In this document: piece by piece, positions 35,454-48,000 of the stretch
How the letters are laid out: every line of letters starts with the position of its first letter
Position numbering within the stretch: position 1 is the stretch's first letter
NCBI GenBank assembly: GCA_001724265.1
Contig: MEDY01000045.1
Span: forward strand, 1 to 64,000
Length of the DNA stretch: 64,000 bases
Source: Rhizaria sp. SCN 62-66
Lineage: Eukaryota
Direction: 5' to 3'
Program-made: the position numbers and the translations under genes
The notes under the pieces: model-generated
What the model saw: only the letters and a program-made list of their open reading frames with translations
The model's database searches: none
What the model was told of the DNA's origin: nothing

Positions 35454-37421
35454 TTAGTGCTCGTGGAAGCCTCCGCCGAAGAGGATATGCGCGTCTGTGA
35501 TCTCAGGCGTCTTGCCGCTGAAGTCAACCTCGACGTACATCATAACGGCGTTGCCGAGCTTGTGCTTGGCCATCTTGGCCGCCAGCTCGGGCTTGGCGCG
35601 CTTGAACGCGGCGCTCATGCGGCGCGAGTAGAAGGCCTTGAAGAAGAGCGAGTGCCCGACGAAGACGGGCGTCTGTGCCTCGTGGAAGCGCACGAAGTCA
35701 AGCCAGTCCTCAATGCGGCTCTGGATGTTCTTCTCGCTGTCGTACGTGTTGCCGGGTGTCCACCAGGGCGCAGTGGCGTCGCCCAGATTCACCTCGACCG
35801 CGTCCATCCAGCGGGTCACCTCGGCGGCCTCGACGCGCTCGGCCTCGGTCAGCTCCACCACGGGCTCGGCAGCACTCGAGTCACCTGCACCAGCCGCGGC
35901 AGCAACGGCAGAGTCGGCGGTAGCCTCGGGGCTCTGAGAGCCGTTGGAGCTGGCAGCAGTGGGGGACTCTGCGTCGATGACAGCGACGGCGGCGGCCGCG
36001 CTCTCCCCCTCGGCGCCCTCTGGAGCAGTCGCCGTCGCGGCGACACCGCTGTCACCGCCCTTCTTGGGGGACGCGGACCCGCTGCTGTTGGCCTTTGCGG
36101 TGTCGTTCGCACTGAGCGGGTAGACCGAGGCCAGCTCGGCGCGGACGCGGGGCATCACGGCCTCGCCGGTGACCTTGCCGACAGTATCGAGCCCGCCGAT
36201 GTTCTTGACCTCGCGAATGCGGCTCGCCAGCGTCAGCCGCTTGGCCTTCTCCAGCGAGTAGTCCACGGCTGCGTCCGTCTCCGCAGCGACGGCCGGTAAG
36301 CCCGTGGCGGCGCCGGCAGCGGGGCGGCCGTTGGTCACGCCGCTTGCGGTCACGGCATCGCCTCTACTGCCTCCGTCGGTGTCGGCGGTGCCAACGGGGG
36401 GCTCGTCCGCGGCCGCAGCCGTGTCGGCGTCGTCGTCGTCGTCGTCGTTGAGCGCCCCGGCGGCGCCGACCGCGGTGCCGAGGTCGCTGCCCTCGGCCTT
36501 GGGGGAGGCAGGCAACTCGTCGATGATCTCTACGGCGGCCACGTCGTCCGCAGTCTCGACCGCGCCGACGCCCACGGCCAGCGTCTCGTGCTTGAGGTCG
36601 CCGGCCTCGTCCGTTGCGTCGGGCGCGCCTTCGACCGTGGCGTGGCCGCGCAGCACAAGCAGCGCCGTCTCGATCGCGCGCGTCAGCGGCGAGGAGAAGG
36701 CCTTGTCGGCGCCGGCGAAGTGGCGCACGTAGGGCGCGTCGGCGGGGGCCACGGCCGCGGGGTCGGGCGCCGCGTCGTTGGCCTGCAGCGCGGCGACGGC
36801 GGCCTTCCACTGCTTGTTGAGCGTGAGGGCCTGCTGGACGCCGGCGGCGGTGAGGCCGTGGTCGAAGGCCATCATGGTGCCCACGTCGCGGTCGCGCTGC
36901 GCTTCGTTCCACTTGGACTCGCCGTGCCGCACCAGGAAGAAGCCCTTGCGCTGCGCGGGGGCGCGCTCGGCCGAGGGCACGCGGCGCAGCTTAACCTGGA
37001 AGCCTGTCTGCGCGTGCGGCTTGGTGCTGGGCTTAGCGCGGGCGACGTTGTACCACCGCGGCTGGTCCGAGATGTCGGCGATTTTGATCACGGCGCGGCC
37101 GATGAGCTCGTTGCGCAGCGGGTCAACGTCCCAGACCTCGATCCACAGCCGGTCCACGACCGGGTCAACCTTGGTGGTGAAGGAGCGGAACGCCGTGAAG
37201 ACGGGGTGGTCGGCGTCGTCGCGGTGCAGTGTGCGGCGGCACTTGCCGATCTTGCGGAAGCGGCCTTTGCTGTCGGGCGTCATGATGTAGGCCTTGATAA
37301 ACGGATCAGAAGGAGAGAAAAGGTCAACGTGCGGCACGTTGCGGCACGTGGAGAACTCGACCACGAGCGGCTCTAGGTTGGCTTCGTTGCGGCCGGCGGA
37401 GTTGGACGACTTGTTACCCAT
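35454..37421 (-). CDS. C2-domain + histidine phosphatase (phosphoglycerate mutase-like) protein with putative N-myristoylation (~655 aa)
   Basis: Start MGNKSS at 37421. C2 motifs (DLFSPSDPFIK, WIEVWDVDPLRNELIG); phosphatase motifs LVRHGESKWN, FSSPLTRAIETA, VFVGHS; ends TAA. Confidence 0.85.
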   Translation of the reverse strand: MGNKSSNSAGRNEANLEPLVVEFSTCRNVPHVDLFSPSDPFIKAYIMTPDSKGRFRKIGKCRRTLHRDDADHPVFTAFRSFTTKVDPVVDRLWIEVWDVDPLRNELIGRAVIKIADISDQPRWYNVARAKPSTKPHAQTGFQVKLRRVPSAERAPAQRKGFFLVRHGESKWNEAQRDRDVGTMMAFDHGLTAAGVQQALTLNKQWKAAVAALQANDAAPDPAAVAPADAPYVRHFAGADKAFSSPLTRAIETALLVLRGHATVEGAPDATDEAGDLKHETLAVGVGAVETADDVAAVEIIDELPASPKAEGSDLGTAVGAAGALNDDDDDDADTAAAADEPPVGTADTDGGSRGDAVTASGVTNGRPAAGAATGLPAVAAETDAAVDYSLEKAKRLTLASRIREVKNIGGLDTVGKVTGEAVMPRVRAELASVYPLSANDTAKANSSGSASPKKGGDSGVAATATAPEGAEGESAAAAVAVIDAESPTAASSNGSQSPEATADSAVAAAAGAGDSSAAEPVVELTEAERVEAAEVTRWMDAVEVNLGDATAPWWTPGNTYDSEKNIQSRIEDWLDFVRFHEAQTPVFVGHSLFFKAFYSRRMSAAFKRAKPELAAKMAKHKLGNAVMMYVEVDFSGKTPEITDAHILFGGGFHEH

Positions 37422-38284
37422 GCTGCTGTTGCTGAGTGCGCGCGTGAGACACTGGCACGAGAGGGTGTGGATAAGAGGAGGTGCGGGCAAGCTGGGGTTA
37501 GCGCTGTCAGTAGTGCTGTCGGTGTTGTTGTTGCTGTCAGCGACGGCGACGGAGGCGCGGGACGGGCGGCAGAGCAGGGAGCCAAAGAAAGATGACGTCG
37601 AGGACGAAGGGGAGTGTTTGGGGCAAACTGGCAGCGAGGCGTGGTAAACAAACATACAAGCGGGATAACGCCCGTGTGTCTACCTTTGTGAACGGTCTAT
37701 GCAGGTGTCGAATGGGACAGCGCGGAATGGGAAGAAACACATGTCGGAGAAATTAGCAATGATGGGAAGCGGCGACGAAGAGTGTGAGGTGCATGTAACG
37801 TTTCCACTTATGACAGCCACATGAGGTCCATAACTGACGTCATGGGATCACGGTTAAAATGTTCAAAGACACAATCAAATTTACTATCACGATACACCAC
37901 GAACACGCCACTTTACGGTCAAGGGAGCGAGACAGTCCGACTTAAATAAAAATTTCATCGCTCTCACCACGAGCGAGCGAATGCAAACATGGTAACGGTG
38001 ATTTTTCGCGAACCGCCCCGACACAGCGACGCTTGCTTCTTGCTTGGGAGCCGTTATGAATGGCAGCCTTTTGAAGCGTGCATGATATGCCGTCAATTGT
38101 CCGACAAAGGAATATTCAGTTACATTTCCGGATACCACGCGTTAATTAGCTTGTGATATTTGTTTTCTATACCGTTAAAATACGCCTGTGGCTCTACAGC
38201 TTTAGTCTCACGAGACCCTCTTTGAATGTTCCCTCTGCAGCCTACCTACCCTTTCCAGCAGACTACACACATACCAACGACACC

Positions 38285-39721
38285 ATGTCCTTCAGGGAGC
38301 TGCGCAGTACGTCAAAGTGATACCCCTTTTACATTGCCTCTGTGCTATGTCTTTACCAGCCACTTTTTCCCTTTGATATCCTCTGTCTAGTCAATCGTCT
38401 ACTCACGCCCACTTCCATTTGATCACTCACCGTTTGCCTTCTCAAACCTTGTCACGTTGTCTGGTGCTTTGTTGTTACGCCACCACACTTTAGGCTTCGC
38501 CGAGTCCATGCGGGCTTTGGGCTACCCGCGCCTGATTTCCCTCGAGAGCTTCCGCAACCCGAACTTCCGCCTGGTGGCCGACACGCTCTTCTGGCTCACG
38601 ACGCGCTACGACAGCAGCGCCGAGCTGCCCGACGACATCAACTCGGACGACGCGCGCATCGAGTTCCTCAAGGCCGTTGCGCAGACGATGTACGCCAAGG
38701 CGCGCGTGAAGCTCAACATCAAGCAGCTGTACCGCGCCGACGGCCACGCCGTGCGCGAGCTGCTCAAGCTCTCGACGCTGCTCTACGACGCCATGGTCGA
38801 GTCGCGCAACAAGACCCACGACGGACGCGTGCCCACCGTGGACTCGGCGCTGATGACGCAGATCGGGCAGCTGCAGCACACCAAGGACCTCGCCAAGGAG
38901 ATCGTCGACTCTGGCGAGCGTCTCAGCGCGCTGCTGGAGCGTGAGGAGGCCATCCGCCCCGCCCGCGACCACGCGCTCGCCTTCATCGCCGGAGGCGCCG
39001 CGGGGGCCGCGGGCGGCGCGGTGCCCGGTGCGGGGGCGGATCCCACGCGGCTGGTGCGGCGCGAGGTTCAGGAGCAGCTGCAGCTGCTGTCCGAGGCCGT
39101 ATCTAGCGAGCAGCAGGTCGTGTCGGCGCTGCGCAAGGAGGAGCAGGCGCTGCAGGCCAAGGTCGAGGCCAAGACGGCCGAGCTGGAGCGCCAGTCGAAG
39201 CGCCTCCAGTCGCTGCGCAAGGTGCGCCCGGCTTTCATGGACGAGTACGACCACGTCGAGCGCGAGCTCAAGACAGTCTATGACACGTACATCGAGCGCT
39301 TCCGCAACCTGCAGTACGTCGAGAGCGAGCTGGCGGCGCACACGGCCGAGGTCGACGAGGGCGAGCGAGAGACGCAGCGCACGCTGAAGCGCATGCAGAA
39401 GCGGATCCGCGCGGAGGAGGCGCGCGTGCTGGGCGGCGGTGACGACGACGACGGGCGCGTCGACTACAACGCCTACGCGTCGGACGATGACGACGCGCTC
39501 GACGACGGCGACGACGACGACGACGAGGAGAGCCTCGGCGTCCGCCCCTCGCGGTCTTCCGCCGGCTCTGGCGCCGCGCGGCCCGCGTCCCGGCCATCGC
39601 GGCCCCAGGGCGCGACCAAGCGGCCCTCGGAGTCCCGCGGCGGCCGCGGCGGCGCGGGCGGCGGCTACGGCGGCGGGCTGGGCCAGACCATGGAGCGCGG
39701 CATGCTGAGCCCCGAGGGCGA

Positions 39722-39755
<34 letters not shown>

Positions 39756-40067
39756 ATCGCGTTCGCGAAGGCGCTCGGAGGGTTCAGCGCCGGCAATGGG
39801 GGCGCGTTCCCCGACGGCGACGACGACGGCGACAACGGCGGACTCGGCGGCCCCGGCGCCGCCGGCGACGACGACGATGACGACGACAACGGGCTTGCGA
39901 TGACCGGCTTCGGCTCCGGCGCCCGTGCCGGCGCCGGCGCTGGCGCTGGCGCTGGTGCTGGTGGGTTCGCTGCAGGCGGCTACGGCGGCGGCTTCAATGC
40001 GGGCGGGATGGGCCGGATGGCAGCTGGGGACGGCGACGGCGGTGCGGACCCCGACGACGACTTCTAA
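38285..40067 (+). CDS. CLUAP1: Clusterin-associated protein 1 / IFT38 (intraflagellar transport complex B), ~531 aa, 2 exons
   Basis: Exon 38285-38306 plus exon 38494-40067 gives [73 protein letters not shown] and an acidic tail ending DDDF-TAA. Confidence 0.95.
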
Positions 40068-40499
40068 GCAGCCTCGTACTTGGACTTGCTGACGTGTAGT
40101 CGATGTCCTTGTCTAAGTGCCGTCTGCGTGTCCGAGTAGGCATGCGTGTATGGAACGCTCATGCTTGTTGCTCCTCGCATGTAGATCGCAGTTCGTTGTC
40201 TTAAAGTGATATATCGTTATATTTTAGTGTTTTGTTATGATTGTCATAGCTTTGTGTTGTTTCTGAGTAATACATATTAGTTTTATAGTTCATAACAGAG
40301 CTGACAGGACAGACTCAAGGACACTTGAGAAGCGAAACTTCGGGTTGGATGATATTTTTGAACTTATTTATTATTTTCGCAGATCTAATTCAATCAGTGG
40401 CCATATGTTACACATACACACTGACTATGTTGTTTCAGGTCCATCCATCGCGGTCACAGGTCATTCTGTGACGATATGATAGGTTCGTCACTCCGTCTC

Positions 40500-41384
40500 T
40501 CACTCGGGGCCAGTGGTCGTGGCGCCGGCGGCCGCAGCGGCGGCGGCGGCGGCCTCGCCCTCAGCCTGGAGCGCGGCGAGGTCGGGCTCGGGCGGGGGCG
40601 GGTACGCGCGCAGCGCGGCTTGCGCGATGGCCTGCTGCTGCGGTGTGAAGCCTTCCTTGTGGCCCAATGCGAGCAGTTGCAAAGTCTCGAAGTAGGGCTC
40701 CAGGAGGAACTTCTCGCGCATGACGGCCGAGACGGAGAGCGTGCGGTAGACCTGAAGCAGCAGGTGCAGCGTCTCGGCCGTGGGCATCCACTCAGGCACC
40801 CAGCGCATCAGCGGCGCCACCAGCCCGGCCTCCAGGAGCAGCGGGTGCAGGTGCGGGCGCTCCAGCGTCGGCATCAGCAGGTGCAGCACGTTGGGAAACA
40901 GGCTCTTGTCGGAGCCCTTATGCGCAACGTGCTCGAGCAGGCGGATAAAGCGCTGGATCGTGCGCGGGTCCGTGAGGTAGAAGCCGGGCTGGACGCGGGC
41001 GAAGCGGGCGAGCCCGACGAAGGACTCGTAGACCTCGGAGAGCACGGTGCGCACGCGCTGGAAGTCGTCCGTGTGGTCGCGGAAGCCGGCGAGCACCTCC
41101 GTCAGGCTGTCCAGGTAGTGGTGCGTAAAGGACACGTCCTGCATCAGCAACCAGGGGTTGCTGCGAAGGCGCGGTGCGGCGGCCTGGAGGTTCTCCAGGT
41201 AGCTCGACCACCGCGTCTGCTCGGCCGCGCGGCGGTCCTTCTCTTCGTCCTCACGCAGCTCAGCGTCGCGGCGCTGGGCATCCGCGAGGGCCTTGGCGCG
41301 GCGGCGTGCGCGAGCCTTCTTCGCGAGCTCCTCTTGCTCCGCCTTGGTGAGGAAACGAGACGTGGCCGGGGCCTTCTTGGACAT
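40500..41384 (-). CDS. Hypothetical protein (~294 aa), charged N-terminal coiled coil plus helical region
   Basis: ATG 41384 (MSKKAPATSRF), GC-rich coding-like sequence bounded by AT-rich flanks; ends TGA. Confidence 0.7.
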   Translation of the reverse strand: MSKKAPATSRFLTKAEQEELAKKARARRRAKALADAQRRDAELREDEEKDRRAAEQTRWSSYLENLQAAAPRLRSNPWLLMQDVSFTHHYLDSLTEVLAGFRDHTDDFQRVRTVLSEVYESFVGLARFARVQPGFYLTDPRTIQRFIRLLEHVAHKGSDKSLFPNVLHLLMPTLERPHLHPLLLEAGLVAPLMRWVPEWMPTAETLHLLLQVYRTLSVSAVMREKFLLEPYFETLQLLALGHKEGFTPQQQAIAQAALRAYPPPPEPDLAALQAEGEAAAAAAAAAGATTTGPE

Positions 41385-41846
41385 GGAAACTGTGTCTCTT
41401 GCCAAGAGCAAAGCCTCGAAACGGGGGGGGGTGTCTATAGAGAGAAGATAGGCGACATAGGAGATATTATTAACAAAATAGTTATTTTGCGTTATTTAAT
41501 ATTTCGCAAATCTAGTAGCATTGTATTTAAACGTGTAATGAAGGCGCTGCCGTTCCTCAAAGTTAGTTCACCGGCGTAACGGCTTCCATCTGTCTCTCGA
41601 GTCGAGTTGCCAGTGCACTTTCCAACGGGTCGCAAAATGCACTGAAAGTGTTGTGTACAGCGCCAGAGCATCACTTTATCGATAAATAAACTTGCCACAA
41701 AGATATTTTAAAGAATAACCATTTACTTTTATTGCATGGATATCCACACGGGACAAGAGCATCCTAAGATATATTAGATAACACAGATATTATTAAACAG
41801 CGCACTCGCAACTAGTCAAGTTTCGCCTCGCATGACGGCGTTTCTG

Positions 41847-42720
41847 TCACTTGGGCATAAGGTTCTTCTGCAGGATCTGCTGTCGCAGCCGCAGCCAGCG
41901 GTAGCCCGTGAGACGCACCCACTGGTCCTCGACCAGCTCCAGCACCAGCGGCCGCGCCACGCCTCCAGTGCCCTCATCACTCTCCCCAGTCGCGCTCTCA
42001 CCAGCCACTACCGCAGCCGCAGTCTCCCCGCTCTCTGGGTCGGCGGCGTTGCCCCGGGTGCAGCTCTCGGGGCACGCCGCGCCGTCCGCGTCCTCGTGCT
42101 CGTGGTGGTGACTGTGCGCCCCATGCGTAGCGGTGCCGACGGTGCGGTAGAGAGTGCACGCGGTACAGGGCATCTGCACGAGGACCTGCTCCTCCAGGCT
42201 CCAGCGCGCCACCGCCGTGCGCGGGTCCGCGCGCGAGCCGGGCGCGTAGGGCAGCCCCGTTGGCAGCCACCGCGACGCGCTCTTGCCATTCCCACCACCA
42301 GCAGCGGCGGCGGCGGCGGCTGCGTTGGGCGAGGGCTCAGGGCCGCTAGCGGCAGGGACTGCACTCGGGGGGTTGTGGGCGCTTCCGCTGACCGCAAGCG
42401 TCAGCTTCGTCGCAGCCGCCGCGGTCGCCGCTGCAGGGGCGGCAGTCGCGGCCGCAGTGCCGTTGCCGTTGCCGTTGCCGTTGCCGTGGGGGGCGACGGG
42501 GCTAGTGCCGGGCATGACTGTGGCGAATGCGGCGTGCGCGACGTCCGTGTCGCCGGCCAGCAGCGAGGCCGCCAGCGCGGCCGCGTCGAAGTCGCTGTCA
42601 TCATCGTCGTCCTCGGCCGCGGCCGCGGGGGCAGTGGCAATGGGCGTCGAGGCGAGGCTGCCTCCTTTGCCACTCTTGCCACCCTTTGTGCTCTTGACAG
42701 TAGCAGCAGCAGCAGCAGCC

Positions 42721-42753
<33 letters not shown>

Positions 42754-44018
42754 TTGTTGGCGGCGACGATCTCCTTGGCGGCGCTGGAGCCGGCGCGCGA
42801 GAGCGCCGTAGGCGTGGGGTTCCGCTCAGGCTTGCGCGAGCACGCGGGCTCGTCGCCCGTCTGCCCGGTCACCAGCGCGGGCGCCCGGCCGGAGGTGGCC
42901 TCCTTGCGCGCGCGGTCCTTGAAGGCCGACTTGGGCGTCGCGGGCTCGAACAGCGCCTGAGACTTGGCCGTGAGCTTCATGCCCACGACCTCGGCGTACA
43001 CTGGCGGGTGCAGCGGCTCGATCTTGAGCTTCTCCATCGCCGTCCGCTCCCACGCGATCTCGCTCTCGGCCTGCACCTTGTCCTCCCACTGCTTCAGCAG
43101 CAGCTTCGCGCCGTGCAGCGTGCGCGGGAAGAGCTTGCCCGCGGCGCGCGCCTGGAAGCAGTCGAGCGAGACGGGGAAGAAGAGGTTGAGGTAGAGCGGG
43201 AACTCGACGGCGTCGAGGCGCGGCGTGTCGGCCGCGCAGGGCAACGCGCACGACTTGCATTTATAGTCGCGCGGGAGCTGCAGCAGCGCCGGTGTAATGC
43301 GCGGGAGCGGGTAGAGCTTCGGCAGGTCGAGGTGCGCCCACGCGCGGTCGTCCTTGACGACGTTGGCCCAGTAGGTCGAGACCTGGCGCAGCGCCATCAG
43401 CGACTTGGGGTCCAGGTAGGACACGATGGCGAGCACGAGCCGCGGCGTGTGCACAACGATGTACTGCGCGCCGGACTTCTGGCGCGTCTCCTCGTCGGCG
43501 AACCACTCCTGCATCTTGCGCTGCAGCAGGATGGCGTGGCACTTGTGGCAGTTGGACGGCCCGCAGCCGCCCTGTGAGTAGAGGCAGTGGTAGCCGCGCG
43601 AGACGACGCGCGAGATCCACCGATACGACGCCTTGCGGTCCACGGGGATGTCCATGAGGTCGGAGCCCTTCCAGAGCGCGAGCGCGTAGTCGACCGAGGC
43701 CGCCGTGTCGCCGTTCTTGGCGTCGGCCTTCATCATGTTGGTCCACTGCACCCAGCAGTCGGGCACCGCCTGCGACAGCGGCTTGCCCTGGCCCGCAAAG
43801 CGCCGCCGCGCGCGCTGCTGCTCGGCCGTCAGCGGGGCGATGGGCGCGCCGTCGGGCCCCACGGCGCCCGCGCCGGCGGCGGTGTCGGCCAGGAAGTCGT
43901 CCTCGGAGTCGGACGAGTCGTAGCGTGTGCGCGGGATCACCTCCACGCGCACAGTCGGGATCTGCGCCACCGCACCCGCGGCGGGCGCGCCCGCGGAAGG
44001 AGCGGCGACGGAAGCCAT
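41847..44018 (-). CDS. Sel1-like repeat + F-box protein with Cys motifs (~723 aa)
   Basis: ATG 44018 (MASVAAPS). Sel1-like AKNGDTAASVDYALALWKGSDLMDIPVDRKASYRW; F-box-like PRLVLAIVSYLDPKSLMALRQVSTYWANVVKDDRAW; CHKC, CKSC, CTAC motifs; ends TGA. Confidence 0.7.
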
Positions 44019-45043
44019 GCGCTGGAGGCCGGGACCGGCTGGGAACGGAGCAAGGACGCGCGGACGCTGCGAGGGCTGCGTTAAAAGAAGGTGTCGGGCG
44101 AGGGCTGGGTCGGCGCGAGAAAAGGGATTGGAGAGTTGCAGCAGATCATACAACAAGATTTAGTAAGTTCGATGAGGGTATAGCCATAACGCGTTTTACT
44201 GTATATCGCATCAGTTCGCTTGTATATGGACATTATGCGCACCAAAACACACTCTGTTGCGAGCCGACTTTTAGCCTCACTTGCAGTGTGCTGTCGAGAG
44301 CAGTGTTGCGAGTGACCGTGAGCAGGCCGCTCAGTTGGTTAGAAAACACGTAATACGGGAAGGGGCCGTGACATTAGTTAGAGCTTGGCGTGGCGTCTAT
44401 TATGGGGTCTGATCGTGGTGGGAGGGCACGTAGACATCACGTAAGTGGTGGATGTGTACCGTGTCGAGTTCCGAGGGATCGTACAGGATCTGTGGTCCGG
44501 GCGGAACCAAGTGGTAATCACAAGGAGGGAGCTGCTCCAAGATGTCCCTACCTGGGATGACTGTTGAGTCTTGTTCAGGAGTGAAACCGCGCGCGAACGG
44601 ACGGGTAAACTTTATTGAAGGATCCTCTAGTATTCTTTTTCTTGGTGTATTCAGTTTCGGCGTGATTCACCCGCGGATTCGCGCATACCAACGCCTTTCG
44701 TTCGACAGTCTCGTTTTAGGTCGCGACGCTTCACCAGGTTTCTTTTGAATACTAATTTTCCCGCTTTTTCTACCACGTTACTTGGCTTTTATTTGAACTA
44801 CCAGGCATACTAATACTCTGTGCTCACTGTACACTTGCTTTCTTTCAAATGCCACTTATTTTCGCTGTTCTTTTAAATCTCAAACATCTCTTGGCGCTTC
44901 GTTGGTTTTGTGACGTCGGCCCCGTCACCACGCCTTCCTGACCTCTTTCTGCCGTCCCCAGCAGCTTTTCCGCTTCTTATTTTCATCATCACGACATCCC
45001 CAATCCCTTATAACGCTGTTGCGGTGGACACTATTGAGCATCA

Positions 45044-48000
45044 ATGTCCTCTTTCACGCCGCTCTCCGCTCTCGCACTCGCTGCCGCGTCAGCCCGTGGT
45101 GCCACGCCTGGGAACAAGCCCCCCGGCACGTTTGGTAACTCAGCCCCTGTTGGCCCCGGCACTACCGCTACTACCGTCGGCTCTACCGCCGTTACAGGCA
45201 CCGCCCCCGTTTCATCTCCCGCACTGGCGATGCCGCAAAGATACGCCCCCGCCTCCGCCGGCCTCGCCGCTGCGGGGCTCACCGCCTCCAGCAGCGGAGG
45301 TGTGGTTTCGACGGGCGAGCGCTCGCTGTCCACGGGCCTGGGGTCGCGCCCACCCGCGCTGCTCACGGCCGTAGGCTCCCGCCTCCCGGGCTCCGTCGCC
45401 GCCGCTCTCATGAGTCCCCCCGCCTCGGCCGCCGCTGGCAGCTCCACTACGACCACTCTGGCGCTGTCGTCCTCGGCATCCTCGTCCTCCGTCGGCTCCG
45501 CCCCCGGCTCCGCTCCCGGCTCCGCCCCCGGCTCTGCTCCAGGCTCCAACGCGCCCTCGACGCAGGTTTCGCTGTCGGATCACCACCCGCAGAGGCAGCA
45601 GATCTCGCCCCCCACGCACGCCCGCATGTCCCCCGCCTCATCCGCGCGCTCCTCGCTGCTCTCCGTCGCCGGCGCGCCCGCCGTCGGCGCGGGCGGCGCG
45701 CCCGCACTGGGCAGCACCCCGGCCGTGCCTCTGCTCTCCGGCCCCGGCTCATACCCCGGCGCCATTGGCGGCGCGGGCGCTGGCGCCGCCAATCCTGCGG
45801 CGTCCTCCTCGGCCACGTCGTCCGTCCTCGCCGCCGCCGCCGCCGCCGCTTCCGCCGCCGCCGCCGCCTCGCAAGCGCTCCAGCACCAGCAGCTGCAACA
45901 GCTGCAGTCGCCGTCGCCGGTGGTGCCGCAGCGCCGCGCGACCGACCCCGGCGCATTCGCGCATTCCCTCTTAGCGGGCGCGCTCGCGGCCACCGCGGCC
46001 AACGCGGCGCACACCAACGGCAACGGCAGCAACCTCGCGGCCGCCGGCCTGTCGGGCTCGAGCGCCGCCGTGACCGCACTCGCCCCCTCGCTGCAGCAGG
46101 GCGCGCTTTCCGCCAGCGGCTCCGGCTCCGGCTCAAGCTTCGGCGCAGGCGCGGGCGCGGGCGCGGGCGCTCTCGCCGCCGGCGGCGCTAACGCCGCGGC
46201 GGCCACCGCCCGCGGCGCGCGCGGCGGCCCCAGCGACGCGGGCAACCGGATCCAGATGACCGAGTTTGTGCCGCCGCCGCCCGACGCGCGCGTATGCTAC
46301 ATCTGCAAGCAGCCGCCGAAGCGCCCGACGGATACGTACCGCATTCAGCACCCGCTCGACATCCAGCGCTGCTTCGGGCTGCCCATCGTGCCGCCCGTGC
46401 TGGGCCGCATCTGCGCGCGCCACTACCACCTGCTGCGTCTGCACCAGTACGACCGGTCCAAGGTTTTCCCCTTCGAGCACTGCCGCTCGCCCACCGACCG
46501 CAAGCGCGTCGCGTGCCAGGTGCGTCTCGTCGTGATCATACGACAACAGCCTATGAGCTGTTTTTAGTCTTGTTTTGAGATATAGTTTAACGATGCTTTA
46601 TGAATGAAAAAGATTATTCATATCGTTTTCAAATTGATCGAATATTGTATCTTATATCATTTCATTTGTTCCTTCCCCTTTCGCTCTCTGTTCACCACCC
46701 ATCTAGGCCGTGGCTGCGCCGGCCGCGACCGGCGACGGCCACAGCGTCGCCGTGGGCGCCGTGAGCGCCGCCCCCGGCTCCGGTCAGCACTTTTCCCCCG
46801 TGCCGGGCCCGCGCGGCGCGCCCGTGGTGACTGACAGCACGGGCGCGCCCATCACGAGCATCGTGCTGCCCTCGGACGCGGCCCCCGCGACGCCGCTCAC
46901 GGGGCTGAACCCCGATGGAACGCCCATGACGGACGAGGACTTCGGCGTCAACGCGCGCGGCACGGCGCGGCGCAGCCAGCCTGCGCTGGCGCAGAACGCG
47001 CTGCTGGGCCAGGGCTACGTGGGCCGCGGCGGGACCTATAGAGCCGCGCTGGCGCTGGCGCAGGAGCGTAAGCGGCGCCAGGAGGAGACGGCCGTCGGCA
47101 TGGAGCGCACGCGCGGCATGTCCGACGCGGCGCGGGCTAAGCGCGCCGCGCAAACGGCCGCTGCGCACGCGGCGGCCCACGCCGCGGCGCGCGCCAGGGC
47201 CACTTCCGCCGGCTCGGCCGCCAGCGCCGCCAATGCCAGCGCGGCAGCCGCGGCGGCTGCGGCTGCGGCCGAGGCACAGGCCCAGGCGCAGGTGCAGGCG
47301 CAGGCTTTCAAGGCGTTCGGCGCGGACGCGCTGTCGGCGTACGCCGCGGCCGCGGGGCTGGGCCTGCCGTACGGCCCCGCGGCCGGGCTGCTCTCGGCCG
47401 CCGCGGCCGCCAACGGCAACCCGCTTGGGCTACTGCTGTCGGCTATGGCGTCGTCTACGGCCGCGGGCGCCGCGGGCGCGGGCGGCGATCTGGCCGTCAG
47501 AGCCGCGCAGGCGCAGGCGCAGCTGATGCAGATGCAGCAGCTGGCGACTCTGCAGCAGCTGCAGGCACAGATGGCACAGGCCGCCGCGGTACAGGCGCAG
47601 GTCGCCAAGGTGCAGCAGGCGCAGCAGCTCCAACAGCAGCAACAGCAGCAGCAGCAGCAGATCCCCAACACCGCCGCGCTGCTGCAGGCGCCGTCGCCGC
47701 TGCAGAACGCCCGAGTCTCCGCCCTGGGTCCCCACACGCTCACTGCCCTCGGCGGCACTGCGCTGGGCGGCTCTGGCACCGGCTCACTGCCCTCGGCCCT
47801 CGGCGCTGGCTCCGCCTCTGGGTTCCGCAACTGCAGCACTGGCGCTGCCCCTGGCGCTCCCGCCGGCACTGGCTCTGCCGGCGGGAGCGCTGGCGGCGGC
47901 GGCGCGGGCGGCGGCAGCGCGGGCGGCGCGACCGAGTCGGTGGCGAGCATGGCGCAGGCGCTGTCGGGGCTGTTGCCGGTGCAACAGCAGGCGTGGCTGA

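Noticed and set aside
37422-37655. TTG/GTG-initiated N-terminal extensions given in the ORF track (also 8941, 21452, 41411, 44156)
   Set aside because: Eukaryotic context; downstream ATGs give sensible starts (e.g. MGNKSS myristoylation motif).
41832-43577. 581-aa plus-strand ORF (also 56235..58070, 40476..41579, 35379..36299 and similar)
   Set aside because: Antisense shadows of GC-rich genes with recognisable products on the other strand.
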